A stretch of 64,000 bases of DNA from Massalongia carnosa (taxonomy: Eukaryota). The stretch is taken from NCBI GenBank assembly GCA_965645245.1, contig OZ287067.1:868001-932000 (forward strand), in the 5' to 3' direction. Of this stretch, positions 1-13,373 are shown in pieces; within the stretch, counting starts at the first letter, position 1; each line of letters opens with the position of its first letter. The position numbers and the translations under genes are program-made. Below the pieces are notes generated by a model, which worked only from the letters and a program-made list of their open reading frames with translations, was not told the DNA's origin and searched no databases.

Positions 1-102
1 TCGCAGGCCTCCTGCAGTGATTCCACGAGCTTCGTCCAGCCTCATCAAGCTACATGAGTACATCAAATCAAAGAAAGGTACCTCTGTAGAGAAAGTAGCA
101 TC

Positions 103-1782
103 ATGGTGCTGGAAATTGATACTCGAGGATGGATTATGGCGTGCGTGAGTGGAATAGGTATAGGACTTGACCATTGCATCTTATGCGGTCCTAACCCTTC
201 CCAGCATGCGTGTTTGGCTCGAGCATCATCTGCGTCGATCTACTAATACAACGAATACCGGGCAAGCGCAATTTTAGAATACAAGATAGCAACGCCTTTT
301 TATCGTCTTCCCTGAGCCTTAGTTTTGGAGTAATGGTAAGCCGAATGGTTCTATGCCCAAAGGCGAATCGGGTAGTTAACCGTGATATCATAGCTTTTCT
401 CATCCCTCTACAGTATGTACGGTCCCGATGAACGCGGCTAAGCCAAGGAGAAATGCTGAATTCGGCTCCCTTCAGGCATGTTACCTTCGGCCAGGAAATA
501 CTTGATTAGAGGAGGTCTCTCCCCCCAAGCTACAGCTTTCACAACTATCGGCTGTTTTCTGGGTGGGGTGATCTCAATTCAAGCCGTCTCTCGGCTTTTG
601 CATCATCATATTCCTTCACATGTGGTGGACTGTAGTCATACTCACGAGGATGAGGAGCTTGAAGACAGTACAAATGTACATGGCCATACGGACAATCATC
701 ATGAGCAAAATGGTTTTATGTCGGAGGTTTCCCCTTTGCTATTTCGAGAAAACTCTCATTTCAAACCGAAACTGCCGCAACGATCTGAATCTGGTCTTTC
801 GGAAATCACTCCGGGACCTTACGCACATCATTCATTGCAAACCCGGCTCAAAAAGCAAGTATCAAGTCTTGTCCTAGGAGGCAAAATTTCGTGTTACGAA
901 GGTGGCCCGTGTTTTGGCTACAGCGATCCTTGCGCTCAGGAATGTTTCAAGGTTATCAGTAGGAGTCCCACGGTAATCTCTAGCCGTCCCACAACCTCCG
1001 GTTCTTTGCGTCGACCCAGTGTGATTCGCAGTGCTACAGCGCCGTTTTCTCGCTCTCTGCAAGAGGGGCTTATGGGCGTGGATGAGGATTCCCCAATACC
1101 AGCGATACGATCATCGCAATCGGGATACTCAGCCCAAGTACTGCATCAAAGCCGAAAGGGCTATCAAATCCGAGGGATTTCTCAACCTTTGTTGGAAAAC
1201 CAACCCGACGACCTTGAAAACCATCGAAAGGGGGATACCCCGTCATCATCTAAGGCATCTATCGAAAATGATACCTCCCATTCCCATCATCACCATGTGC
1301 CTACCAACGCCTTTCTTGCGATTGGTCTCCAAACCTCCATTGCGATTGCTCTCCACAAACTCCCGGAGGGCTTCATCACCTTTGCGACGAATCACGCCAA
1401 TCCTCAGCTAGGTTTCACTATTTTCATGGCTCTCTTCATTCACAACATTACAGAAGGATTTGCCATGGCGCTTCCGTTGTACCTTGCCCTTGGCAGCCGG
1501 TGGAAGTCTATGCTCTGGAGTTCGCTGTTAGGGGGCATCAGCCAGCCGCTAGGGGCCGGCATTGCTGCTTTGTGGTTTCAAATCGCCGGGAGCAGTGACC
1601 ATGCTCCCGATGACGCTGTGTATGGGTGTATGTTTGCGATCACGGCTGGCGTCATGGCCAGCGTTGCTTTACAGCTGTTCTCAGAGAGTCTTGGTCTTAC
1701 GCACAATCGGAATTTGTGCATGGCGTTTGCATTTGTCGGCATGGGAATCATGGGGGCCAGTTTTGCTTTGACAGCAAGCTAG
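103..1782 (+). CDS. ZIP family zinc/metal transporter (Zrt3/Zip2-like), about 4 exons
   Basis: ATG at 103 (MVLEIDTRGWIMACVSGI). GT..AG introns join it to ORFs 210-431 and 478-1782. His-rich loops and ZIP TM4/TM5 signatures ALHKLPEG and FIHNITEG are present. Confidence 0.9.
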
Positions 1783-2715
1783 GCATCAGTGTGCATGGGC
1801 GGTTCGATTTTTTCTCATTTCATCTCATGATACGAGTATGCTATGGAGTAGACGGCGGTTCCCGAATATGGGAGTAGTGTAATGACGCATAGGAGGCTGA
1901 TTCATTATGAAACATCCCGTCTATGCTCCATGAATGTTTTCTCCTCTCTTCGAACCTTTTATGACGGGGGGCCGGCAACTGATCCTACAGTAGAATCCGA
2001 TCATCAAGCTGTGAAGATTCCCACTCTGTCTCTCTCTCGTGAACAGACTAGCGATACCTATATTACTTCATAACCCCCCGTCTAGTGCTTGACATTGTAG
2101 ACTCTTCATTCTATATCCTTTTACCTTGTCTTCCATCGCGTTTCTTGTTGTCTCGCCCATTTACCCTCCGCCCTACCGTTCGCTCTACCTTCCGGTCATT
2201 CCATCGTCCCATCTATCCATCCATGCACTAGTCTTTCTGCCTATCTCTATCTTTTTCTACCCACCACGATCCCGCGCGGACGCGAGAAAGCAAACGAGGA
2301 GATACACGCAACAGGAAAACCCGACTTTCCAGGCTGAAACCAAGCGTAGTTATGAAAGTAAAAGAAGAGGGGTTATGAGGGTCAATTAATTCTTGGAACT
2401 TGAAAGGAATGAGAGTCACCAAGAGCTTTCGCTCTCATTAGGGATGGATTAATGCCACAACACCGGCGAAATCGCTTTGAATGACGGCGTGTTCTCTACG
2501 ACATGAAGGGCATTCACGAAGGAAGAAAATGACCCTCGATGTTAGAACGGAATTGCCGTTATTTCAGTTATCCATTCACTTTTCTTTCTCTACGTTCCAA
2601 ACCGAGCCCGAATGGATGGCAAAGTCGTTTCGCGAGATGGGAAAATGAACTTTCGGGGCCTTTCAGGGATCTAATTGTTCGGAAGTGGCAGATTGCCGAC
2701 CGAAGAGAATTGGAT

Positions 2716-2975
2716 CTGGTTTTTTTGTTTTTTATTTTTTATGTTTTATGTTTTATGTTTTATTTTTTATTTTTATTTTTTATCTTTTATTTTATTTTAT
2801 TTTATTTTTTATCTTTTTTTTTTATTTTTTTTTATCTTTTATTTATTTATTTATTTTTTTATCTTTTATTTTTTTATTTATTTTTTTTATCTTTTGTTTT
2901 TATTTTTTTATTTTTTAATTTTTTTAAAATTTTTTTTTGGTTTTTTGGATCTTTTTTGTTCTTTTTTTTCCTTTT
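2716..2975. repeat. T-rich low-complexity tract (TTTTA/TTTAT-like)
   Basis: About 260 bp made almost only of T runs broken by A, G or C; it generates spurious Phe-rich ORFs. Confidence 0.9.
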
Positions 2976-3989
2976 TGCAACGGAATGGATGCGACAGGGC
3001 ACACTTGCATTCTTGACGCTGCCAGCACAAGTAACTAATTACGTATGTTTTACTTTGATCATTCCAAACGCAGGTCCAAGATCCAAAATATTTGCTCGCA
3101 TTAAGATCTATCAATGTTGTGATCGTTTGTCGACGTTTATCGACGTTTATCGATTCTTCACGGGTTTTCATGCAACACGACGATTCGATCATCTTCATTC
3201 CCAGGGCGGATGATGGATGAGAGATGAAGGATGAAGGTCAGGCTAATCCCACGGCACACGCTAGTCCGCATGAGGCATTCGTGATAAGCCTAACTGACGT
3301 TCAAGTGTCAAAGGTGTTAAGGCGTCGCTTTTGAGACCTTGCTAACGGGATTAGACGTTACTTAAACGGAACTTTGCCGTTGGCGGACATTCACTGAACT
3401 CCACCTCCCTCGAGGCCCGAGGGGCTATCGGTTGTCAATCATTCCTTCCCTCCCCCCCACAAATACAAATAATCATATATCGCGAGGCATTAACCCTCTC
3501 CGAAGTCTCAGACGAAAAGCTCCCCCACCCCCCCCTCCCCTCCAACCCCAACCCCCCCACCCCCCCAAAACCCCACCACCACTACACCCCCAACCCATTG
3601 GTGCCCTGGCTACCTACATTTCACTACAACCTTCCTACATACCTCTTCTGATCGTGTGGTTTGTGCCTCTCATTCCGAGTCGTATAATTCTCCCCTACCT
3701 ATGTCTAGTGCACTCGTAATTGACTGACTGTGAGCTCTCTTGACAGCATTGAAACTCACCTCCCACTCCGCTCCCAATCTGTGACAAAGAGCCGCCATTG
3801 CGTGCAAGATATCATCCGACGACCCACGCCGCGTATACTCCACAGAAAGGGGCACCTCACGGCTGCAGACTGACGATGCTCTAGTAACCTCTCCATCTGT
3901 AGACCCAAAGGCTCCCAGTGCTGAGGTCCACCGTCACTTTCCCGTCACTTTCCCTTCACTTGGCCGTCACTGACGCTTCATCCGAGCTC

Positions 3990-5582
3990 ATGCCGACCAT
4001 AAGCCTGTTCAAGAAGAAGCCGAAGGATCTCAAGGGTCCTCATGATTCACATTCGCCCAATTCACCAGTGGAAAGTTCTCCAACGACTTCGACGCTAGTG
4101 GGATACTTGAAAGACTCCATTGCCTCGTCTTCGTCCACCCATACACTGTCGTCTCATTCGCAAAGTAGTTCGACTCAGGGAACCGAGAGTGCGCTGACCA
4201 GCCAACCATCGTCGTCGTCAGGTGTTCCGCAGCAACCGCCAACGTCGGCACCGCGAACGACGACGCAAGAGCCGACAATGTCTCAGCCGCAACCCCAAAA
4301 CCAAAACGCCCCAACCATTAACAAAATGATTCATCTACCACAGACGGATGGGGCGGGTCAATCCCAGCCGGAAGGACGGAGTAACGGAGCAAGCGCACGA
4401 CCGATGGAAGCGAACGCTACCCCAGCGGTGCGGTCCACCAAAGGCAAATACACTTTGACCGACTTTACCATCCAACGGACTTTGGGCACGGGGAGTTTCG
4501 GTAGGGTGCATCTAGTGCAGTCCAATCATAATCATCGCTTCTACGCGGTAAAAGTGCTCAAAAAGCAGCAGGTGGTCAAAATGAAGCAGGTGGAGCACAC
4601 CAACGACGAGCGCAAAATGCTCCAGAAGGTCAAGCATGCCTTTTTGGTCACGCTGTGGGGAACGTTTCAAGATTCCAAAAACCTGTACATGGTGATGGAC
4701 TTTGTGGAAGGGGGAGAGCTTTTTAGTCTGTTGCGCAAGTCGCAGGTTAGTGACATTGATTATTTCACATATTATAACCAGAGCTATTCCCTTTTGGAGT
4801 ACATAAACTCACTGCACCAAAAGCGTTTCCCCAACCCGGTGGCGAAATTCTATGCAGCCGAAGTCACGTTGGCGCTGGACTACCTGCATTCCATGCATAT
4901 CATCTACCGGGACCTTAAGCCCGAAAACCTGCTGTTAGATCGGCATGGCCATCTGAAGATTACCGATTTCGGCTTCGCCAAGGAGGTGCCGGACATTACC
5001 TGGACTCTTTGCGGAACCCCCGATTACCTTGCGCCGGAGGTGGTGGCGTCGAAAGGCTACAACAAATCCGTTGATTGGTTTGTCGCGCATTGTTTGTCGC
5101 CGTCTGAAATGCAGCTCACAGCAACGCAGGTGGTCTCTGGGCATTCTGATCTTCGAAATGCTCTGCGGCTTCACGCCCTTCTGGGACGGCGGCTCGCCTA
5201 TCAAAATCTACGAGAATATCCTCAAAGGCCGAGTTAAGTACCCTCCCTACATCCACCCGGATGCGCAGGATCTCCTGCAGAGGCTCATCACACCCGATCT
5301 GACCAAGAGGCTGGGAAATTTGCACGGCGGGTCGAAGGACGTCATGCAGCATGCATGGTTTGTTGAGGTAACCTGGGACCGCCTGGCCAGAAAGGACATT
5401 GACGCGCCTTATGTCCCACCGGTTCAGGGTGGAGTGGGCGATGCCAGTCAGTTTGACCGGTATCCTGAAGAGACAGAGGCGTATGGTTCAACAGGAGAGG
5501 ATCCGTACGTTAACGGTGGTATCTTGGAGCGGGAAGACTGCTGACGGACATCAGGCATGGTTACTTATTCACGGAGTTCTAG
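3990..5582 (+). CDS. pkaC: cAMP-dependent protein kinase A catalytic subunit (PkaC1/CpkA-like), 3 introns
   Basis: Motifs [37 protein letters not shown] and an AGC C-tail (FDRYPEE). Introns at about 4746-4822, 5078-5129 and 5506-5554. Stop TAG at 5580-5582 after ..YLFTEF. The start codon is inferred. Confidence 0.95.
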
Positions 5583-6077
5583 GGGCGGAACATTGAGTAA
5601 AAGAGTCATGGCAGCAGTTCGATTCTTCGGGGCGAAACACGATGGACGGCGGATGGGAAAAAGCAACAATAGCATCCGCGACCCATGACTTGACGGGACC
5701 CGCGGACGGATGGGCAGGAGCAGATTTCCGGTTTCTCTCCGCCCGCGCAGACCAGTTTATATTTCTAGAGCTATATTCATGCTGTCTCTGCATCATATTT
5801 CGCCCTCGAATTCACGGGTGGCGAAGCATGACCGGATGGTTGCTACGCACTTCTTGGACGCTGGAGCTTTGGAATTGGACGTTTACCTTTGATTTTTTTG
5901 CTTTTGATTTTTTTGGGGGGTGGAAAAGGATTGCGCGCTGGGGCCGAAGGGCAAGCCAGCCGGACGGGTGGTAATGGGCCATTTTTTTCCTACGGACGGA
6001 GGAACGCTGGCAAAGGAAAGCAAGGGTTTCGGTTGTCTGGAGGGTGTTGAGGGGAACGCTCGGAAACATCAATGGTT

Positions 6078-6120
6078 TTAGGTAGGTAGGTAGGTAGGTA
6101 GGTAGGTAGGTAGGTAGGTA
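6078..6120. repeat. (GGTA)n microsatellite
   Basis: About 10 tandem GGTA units, read directly. Confidence 0.9.
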
Positions 6121-9100
6121 CCTTAGGTGGCTAGGAGCTGTACCTAACTAGGTAGCTAGCTATGCTGATCTGCCGAACTCGTTTTGGACCAGCCTTGATT
6201 TTCATTGCTTTGCGCTTTATCTGTTGTTGTTTGTTATAGCTGATTGATTGATGGGTGAGGTGCTTTTTTTCTTCTTTTCTTCTTTTTGGAAAGCAATTAG
6301 GGGAAAGCAGCCCGGGGGGGGGTATGGGAGGGAAAAGAGGCAGGGAAGGTAAGCTCTGTCTGCCTCAATTACCTACCTAACTATACAGGTAGGTAGGTAG
6401 CTGGGGGTTCACCCATCGTCCTACATTCTAGATTTTGTGTCTCCGCGGAGGGAAAGGGGTGTTTTCTTTTTCTTTTTGTTTCCGTGACAACAAGAATATT
6501 CGCACAAACGCAATATCACGAACAGGGGCCGGGGGATAGGGCGGGGCATCGAGATTTTTTCCTCTTTTTCTTTTTTTTCTTTTCTGTAAAGATGTAAAGA
6601 GAGGTTTACGAGTTGGGCGTTTGTCTTTGGGTTTTCAGAGGAAAAGGAAGGGGGGGGGGGGGGTTGTTCAGGGAGGATGGATGGACGAAAAGAGGAAGTG
6701 GAGAGCGAGCAGGTGAATGAGAAATGAACGAATGAAGGAGGAAGCGAGAACGAGAGCGAGAACGAGAGAGCGGTGGAAAAAAAGGGAAAAAGGAGAAAGA
6801 GAAGCGATGAGCGAAAGAAAGACAGAAAGAGAGAGAGATAGGACTGCTGAATGACGAATCGAGTAAGCGAGTGAGACGAACGGAAGGGATTGGAGGTATG
6901 TGTATATGTATATCTAGGCAACTAGGTAGACAGATAGACAAGACGTCCGGGCATTTCATTCCCGTTTTGTCCCATTTGTAACTTATATATCATCGCTCAA
7001 GCCTATCTCTTGTTTTTTTTTTTTTTTTTTCCTATTCCCATTTCTCTCAATCTATCTACACCCCCCCCCCCCCCAAATAACTTTCTCTCATCAAGAAAAA
7101 GAAACCGGAAAAACTAACCCGTGTGTGATTTAATTAGCTAGCTGGCTAGCTCATCGAACGTATAAGAGACATAAAGAAAAGGGGGGGGGGGGTAAATTTA
7201 CTTCTACTTGATCGTTTCGTGAATTTATGTATGTATGTATATATATATATTATTTTTTTTTTTTGGTTAGGTGGAGCAAGTAAGTAGCTAAGTAAGTAAC
7301 TAGTTGGTGTTTCCAAAACAATCAAGATTTTAGATCTCGAGTTTTAAAACCAAAACTTGGGATCCCCGGATCAAAAAAAACACGCACACACACGCGCGCG
7401 CATACAAAAAAAAGAAGAAAGGCAGAGGAAGAGACAGACGGACGGACTTTCCTTCTTCTTTCTTTTCTTTTCTTTATCCCTCTCCCCTTTTCTCAAAAGT
7501 CCTCCCCCTGTCAGTCAGAGCTGGTTAAAATTTTTTTTTAAAAAAACTAAGCGATGAAGGATTAATTGGGGAAAGAAAGGAAATAAACATTGATTGATAG
7601 GGGGGCTTGGCGTGTAGAGAAGAAGGAGGAGGGAGGAGGTCTGTCGATAACTGACTAGGCGGAGGGAAATAAGAAAAGAAGGTTGTATAGCTATCTGTAG
7701 TACGTATGTATGTAGGAGCGGAAGAGAGGCAGAACGGTTCAGCGACACGGTTTTTAGACTGTCCCTCCTTCCCAAGCTTCTCCTGCTACTATGTACCTCC
7801 TCTATCAAGTAACCCGCCCGCACCTGATAAAATACCTAGTTAGGTACTCCGTGGTCAAAAGGATATCTCTGACTTTCAACAAGTCAATCCACCCATCCAC
7901 CCATCCGTTTCAGCGGTCCAGATCAACGTATCAATCAACCCGTTAACGCCTAATTGAACTCGGTAATTATGTCTTTCTTTCTCGATTAAAGTAGTTGTCT
8001 AATTATCTCTCGCAATATTTCGATTTAGTTAGATATCATGCGATTTAAATCTCGAGAGCGTTACTTTATAGGATAAACTCAAATCAGAAACCAGAAATCA
8101 GAAATCAATTGAATGAAGATAAAAGATGAAGACAAAAGTCCCAATAGCGAATAAACGTAAATAGCACAAAAGCATATTTTGGGGATTCAGAATCCGAACA
8201 GGAGACGGTGACGAGAAAGAGAGATCTTTGAAAGTGATGCATTATGATCGACAGACGAACAGAATCTCGGAACTTAGGGAAATGTTCGCCTATAGATAAT
8301 CTTCAATTGAAGCGTTCACGTTGCGGATGATGGATGAAAAAGGGAGAGAGACATGATTACGATCGAATCAAACCAAATTAACGAATGAAAAGCAAAAGAC
8401 TTCCTATCAACCCGGAAAGAAAGCGTCTGTAGGGAAGAAGGGAAACGGGCTAGAAACGAGGGTTGGGTTTTGGAGTCGAGGAATAGAGAATAGAAAAGGC
8501 GAAAGGTAAACAATAAAGGTTGGATTAGAGGTCGATGATAACTAACTAGAAAAGAAGGGAAATATCCAGTGAGTGATCTTGCTCGCTTACTCTCATCCTC
8601 TTCTACCCTCCCTTTTCATATCAAAAACAATCTCAAATTGATGAAACTCGTTCACACTCGCCAGGTTTGTCAATCTCTCATCGTCACCATCTTTTCTCCT
8701 TGGTGTTACTTTTTCTTGTTAGTTATGTACTCTTTCTCCTTCTCTTCGTCACTCTTAGTCTCCGGTCAGATATATGCTTTTCTTGTCATTTTCAATATTT
8801 TCTCTTCCGCCTTACCTACCTTCCTACCTCTCCATCACTTTCGACCCTTCTAGTTCTTTTTCTGTCTTTCCTTTCCGCTTAGCCGAGGAAATAGAATCGA
8901 AATGGAAGGGGAGGATGGTGAAAGACCAAGACGCGGAGAGGGGTTTGCGACGGAAGACGACGAAGGAATGGATATGGACGAATGGATGGACGAATGGAAG
9001 GTTGATAGATGATAAAATCGGGAAGGTTTCTTATGGAATGAAAACGACGTGTAGGTTGACAATGTGACATGATGGGAGGGAGGGATTTAGGGTTGGAGCA

Positions 9101-11036
9101 GCACGGACGGGATTCTCGAAGGAGATAAACGCCCAGATAGGGGAAAAAAGCCTCCCTCCTTGTTGATCGACGTGTCTGATTAGGATCGTGGATGAAAGGT
9201 GAGGGGGGGGAGGGGTTCGAGTAGCAATTCTCTGGTTGAGGGGTTGGGGCGGGGGACGAGGGAGAGTGGAAGAATCGAGATGGTTGGCTACCTAAGGAAG
9301 CGTAAGATGGCTAGGCTAGGCTAGGCTCGGGTATCTACCTGCTTAAACCTTTTCAACATGTCTATCGCCAGATGGAAACGGCAAATGAAGAGGGAGACAA
9401 GATCGATGCTTAGCATTCCATCGACGCCTTTTCCCTCGTTCTGAATGAAAGCGGGGATCCGTAGGAAGGACGAGCGAAAAAAGACATGAGAATCTATCGA
9501 GAAGCGTAGACGTTTGTCATGCTGTCAGCGCAGCGAAATGTGATGTGGGGGGGGGGGGAAGGGGGAAGTACAGAAACAGGCAGGACTAGATGCCAAAGGT
9601 GAGAAATATAAGCCGAAGCGAGTACTTACTTTGTCCGCTGACCTACTCCTCTACCGACCTTATTACCCATACCTACTGCGTACCACCCTGGTACCTGCTT
9701 GGTACACATGAGAGATCGAGATGAACTTAGCATGCAGCGCCAGTGTATTATAAGATCAAACACCAACGGTACATACTCTGTTCTCTGTCCCTTGGCAAAC
9801 CCCTCTGTCCTATGTCTTGTATTTCATACGCTTACACTGGACCTTATCCTCTACATTCCCCAAGCTGCTGCGACGTCGAAGATTCGAGGCTCGTTTAAGT
9901 GCTGACACCCATACGTACGCGTGAATCACATTGGGACTAGTCCTCCCTCTGGGCCACTGTAGATCGTAGATATCCTACAGCAAGATCGCGGAGAGCTTGT
10001 CAGAGGGTGGAGAAAGAGGGGGAATCGTCCACACGGTTAGAGGATATCTCCCTTTTGGTCAGGGATGGAGTAGCGAGCCATGGTACCTTCGGAATGGGCT
10101 TGAGGAAGGGGTGAAGTGGATTTTAACTCCGAGCTTGTTCGGGCCTAGAAGAAAGGTATGATACACCGTTGGCGTTTCTATCTGATGGCAGTGTAGATTC
10201 GCTCTCCATGCTCTTCTCCGCAGTGCCACGGTGGGTGTAGATGGAGCATGAGCGATGATTTGAAGACCTGAAAGAGAAAACCGTCCGCAGGTTGAGGTGC
10301 GTTCGAGACGTTTCAAACCTTCCAGCACAGACTGATGCACCCAAATGTACTAAGCAATCGTGATGCCGGTGGAGTAGGATGGAACATGGCAGAACTAAAG
10401 ACTTGTGCGCATCCACGGTCTGCCCAAAAGCACCTTATCCGCCTCAAGAAAGAACTTGTGGAGGTGCCTGGCCCGAAGCGGTCCTACATTCAATCAATCG
10501 CAAGTCTGTAGGTGGTGCCGGACAGTCGAGCAATTTAAGCAGAGGTGTGCATTGCGCCTAAAGAACCGAAGGGTGGGTTGACAAACCTATCAACCTCAAT
10601 CCGAAAGGCGTGCTGACTTATCTTGAGCCGTTGCAGCAGATAAGCTTTAAGGCTGACAGTGTGCATGAGGTGCAAGTGGCGTGGATCGCGTCGAATCGGT
10701 CGATCGGATTATAATCGAGCCCCATCAGGGTTAATTCAAGAAGATTTCCGAAGGTGTAGAGGCGAAGAGCGGGTGGGAAAAAGCAATACCGAAGTGCCTA
10801 AGTATATCGAATCTCGATCCATATATGATATTCTGATCAAGGCATGCAGAATCCCTCCCAGAACCAAACCCAATTAACAGTGGAGACGTACTCTTGAGCT
10901 GATGATTGTTTGGATAGACGATGAAGAATCTTGCAATGAAACGCACTTGCTTCCGAGATCTACACGGTGTAGGATGGTTTGCTGCGAGCCAATTTGACGG
11001 ATTTGCCTGGAGCAGCGCGCTTGAGGGGTTTGCGAC

Positions 11037-13373
11037 TAGGGCTCTGAAATGAAACTTTCATGAAATTTTGCCTAACCCGATCGGGATGAAAGTTTCACTG
11101 CGACTTTCACGAGTGAAATTTTCATGGATGTTTTGCAGGGGGGTAGGCAGGGGGAGGGGGGGTGCGGGGGTGCGGGGAAAGCGGAAAATAGGAACGAGGA
11201 CATGCCAACTTGAAGATACTTGATTTAGCTATTAATCTTCATACAATCTCAAGTATCTCTGAGCCTGACCGCATCTCCCTCTATCGCTTGCCTTGCTGGT
11301 CGTTTCAACGATTTTACTGTCGCTGTTTCTTGCAGAGAGATTTCTTCCTGCAACAATCTGTCTTCCATCTCACATAGATCGTCTTCTTCTATGTCAATGC
11401 CTGCGAATTGTAGCTTCCTTTTGATTTCTTTCGGTCGGTTAAGAGTTCTTTCATTCAGATAAATAAACATCAGCTTATCCACGTTGATCGATGCCATGGA
11501 ATTTCGAGTCTTGTTCATGATCAAATTCATGACCGACCAACTTCTTTCTGCCAGCACTGAATTGCCAGGAAGCATCATTACCTTTCTGGCCAGCTTGCTA
11601 AGAATCAATGCAAAATGCTTGCAAAAATTCCAAAACAGCTCCGGTGTCATCTGATAAGTCCAACATTCTGAGTTTGCATGAAATCCATCTTCCTGATCTC
11701 GAAAAGCAAGCCATTGTCTCATGGCAACGATGCTATCTTCAGCATTCAGGTATCGAGCAAAGAATCTATGCATGATCGATGAAAAAGCATGTTCTGTAGT
11801 AACTCCGACCACCTTTATCGTACGATTTTGCGGAAGCAGAAGAGATGCAACCACATGAAGCTCTGTTATTTGACTGAGATATCTATCTTCCCAAACGACG
11901 TGAGCAATGTGATATAGATCCGCCTCACTGTCGCTTTCTTCTTCGGCCATCGAGTACAGATGAGAGCGAATGATATTCCAGTTATTTGTTACGGTGTATA
12001 GCTTATATCCCTCGGCTTCGGACATGTACTGAAGTTTATGAATGGGATTCAGTATCTTTTTGACCATGGTCAGTTTCTTCCAAAAGGAATAATCGTTGAC
12101 GAAACTTCCCAAAGGTTTATTTCTTCCCTGATCTATGCCTGGATTCTTCTGCTGAAAATAATCCAACAAGGCCTGTTGATTATTCAGTACTGAATTTAAA
12201 AGACCAACCGTCGTACCCCATCTGGTGAGAACGTTGAGAACCAAGGAACGACGCTGTTTGTATGCCTTCATTTGGTATTTCCATAAACTGGCTAATTCCT
12301 TATTTGATCCGCGAAAACTGATGACGATCAACAGAGCCTTTTCTATAACATCTGTAAAATAAGGAAATTTCAAAATGTCTCCTAACAATAGCTGCAAACC
12401 ATGACTATCGCAAGGTACGAAGAAAACATGCTTCATCTCTGCACTTTTCGAAATTTCCGTCCACATGACTCTCATTGTAGAGCACGTGTCGGTGCAGATA
12501 CAATTAACCCTTTCAAGCTGATTGTTGGTAGCATCCCTACATCCATTTATCACCCATTCAGCTTGTACGACTGCCGTCATTTTTTCCGCCACTCCGACAT
12601 CAGCTTTTAGCTGAAATCCTCCGCCACTAGAAGTAACAGATGTGGGAACGTGACAGCAGAGATTTATTACTCGCTCTTTTCGAATGTTGGCTGTCTCGTC
12701 GGTAAAAAAGCTGAGATGATTGCAAGCATTCAATTCTTGATTTATTTTGAATTTAACTGTTTCATAGGCTTCATCCAACAATCGTCCAGCCATCAGTCTG
12801 GCATGAGGGGGCTTGTATCCAGGAGAAAGAGCTTGAAATGCCGCAATAACATAGGGATTCTCGAAGTGGTTGAAGGGAAGATTTGTCATATAAACAGACA
12901 TCGCCGCCTCGCGATGAGCATGAGCAATTTGACTCTGGCTAAGGGGACGAATCATGGTGGTAATGGGCAGTTGGATTGATCTAGAACTGAACGAGGCATC
13001 TTCCTTCTTTGTTATCTTCTGTTTGTAGGCATCACATTGATCTAAATGTGATAGTCCTCTTACAGCATTCTTGGTAGTCTGCTGACCACAATGAATGCAT
13101 TGATGCTGAGGTTTTTTCAATCCCATGGTGATCACGTCTTTGAAATTCTCCTCAATTAGAGAATTTTTCTTTCTTCCACCGCGTTGAGCCATGAGTATAA
13201 AATAGGAAGATACCTTTAAATGTATGAGAGTGACTATCAAAATGAGGTATCGATCTATCTACAAGATATGTATATGTGCTTAGTAATAAATTTCGAAAAT
13301 TTCATGCTTGGCGCGCACACGTGATGAAATTTTCGTGCGACCTTATCAAAATTTCGAAATTTTCAGAGCCCTA
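11037..13373 (-). mobile_element. Full-length hAT DNA transposon (2,337 bp)
   Basis: 13-bp TIRs TAGGGCTCTGAAA (11037-11049) and TTTCAGAGCCCTA (13361-13373). Perfect 8-bp TSD TTTGCGAC at 11029-11036 and 13374-13381. Subterminal GAAATTTT repeats. Confidence 0.96.
11249..13192 (-). CDS. hAT transposase (BED-like Zn finger, DDE core, hATC dimerisation domain), about 647 aa
   Basis: Uninterrupted ORF with CIHC..H..C, FTDET, CTDTCSTMR, CDSH, TRWGT and C-terminal SVLAERSWS..RN motifs. Confidence 0.92.
   Translation of the reverse strand: MAQRGGRKKNSLIEENFKDVITMGLKKPQHQCIHCGQQTTKNAVRGLSHLDQCDAYKQKITKKEDASFSSRSIQLPITTMIRPLSQSQIAHAHREAAMSVYMTNLPFNHFENPYVIAAFQALSPGYKPPHARLMAGRLLDEAYETVKFKINQELNACNHLSFFTDETANIRKERVINLCCHVPTSVTSSGGGFQLKADVGVAEKMTAVVQAEWVINGCRDATNNQLERVNCICTDTCSTMRVMWTEISKSAEMKHVFFVPCDSHGLQLLLGDILKFPYFTDVIEKALLIVISFRGSNKELASLWKYQMKAYKQRRSLVLNVLTRWGTTVGLLNSVLNNQQALLDYFQQKNPGIDQGRNKPLGSFVNDYSFWKKLTMVKKILNPIHKLQYMSEAEGYKLYTVTNNWNIIRSHLYSMAEEESDSEADLYHIAHVVWEDRYLSQITELHVVASLLLPQNRTIKVVGVTTEHAFSSIMHRFFARYLNAEDSIVAMRQWLAFRDQEDGFHANSECWTYQMTPELFWNFCKHFALILSKLARKVMMLPGNSVLAERSWSVMNLIMNKTRNSMASINVDKLMFIYLNERTLNRPKEIKRKLQFAGIDIEEDDLCEMEDRLLQEEISLQETATVKSLKRPARQAIEGDAVRLRDT

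Noticed and set aside
2539..3213. Phe-rich 'membrane protein' ORFs
   Set aside because: They are translation artefacts of the T-rich low-complexity tract.
5600..11000. Many short ORFs in the host spacer
   Set aside because: They derive from purine/pyrimidine tracts and microsatellites, with no motifs or convincing exon structure.
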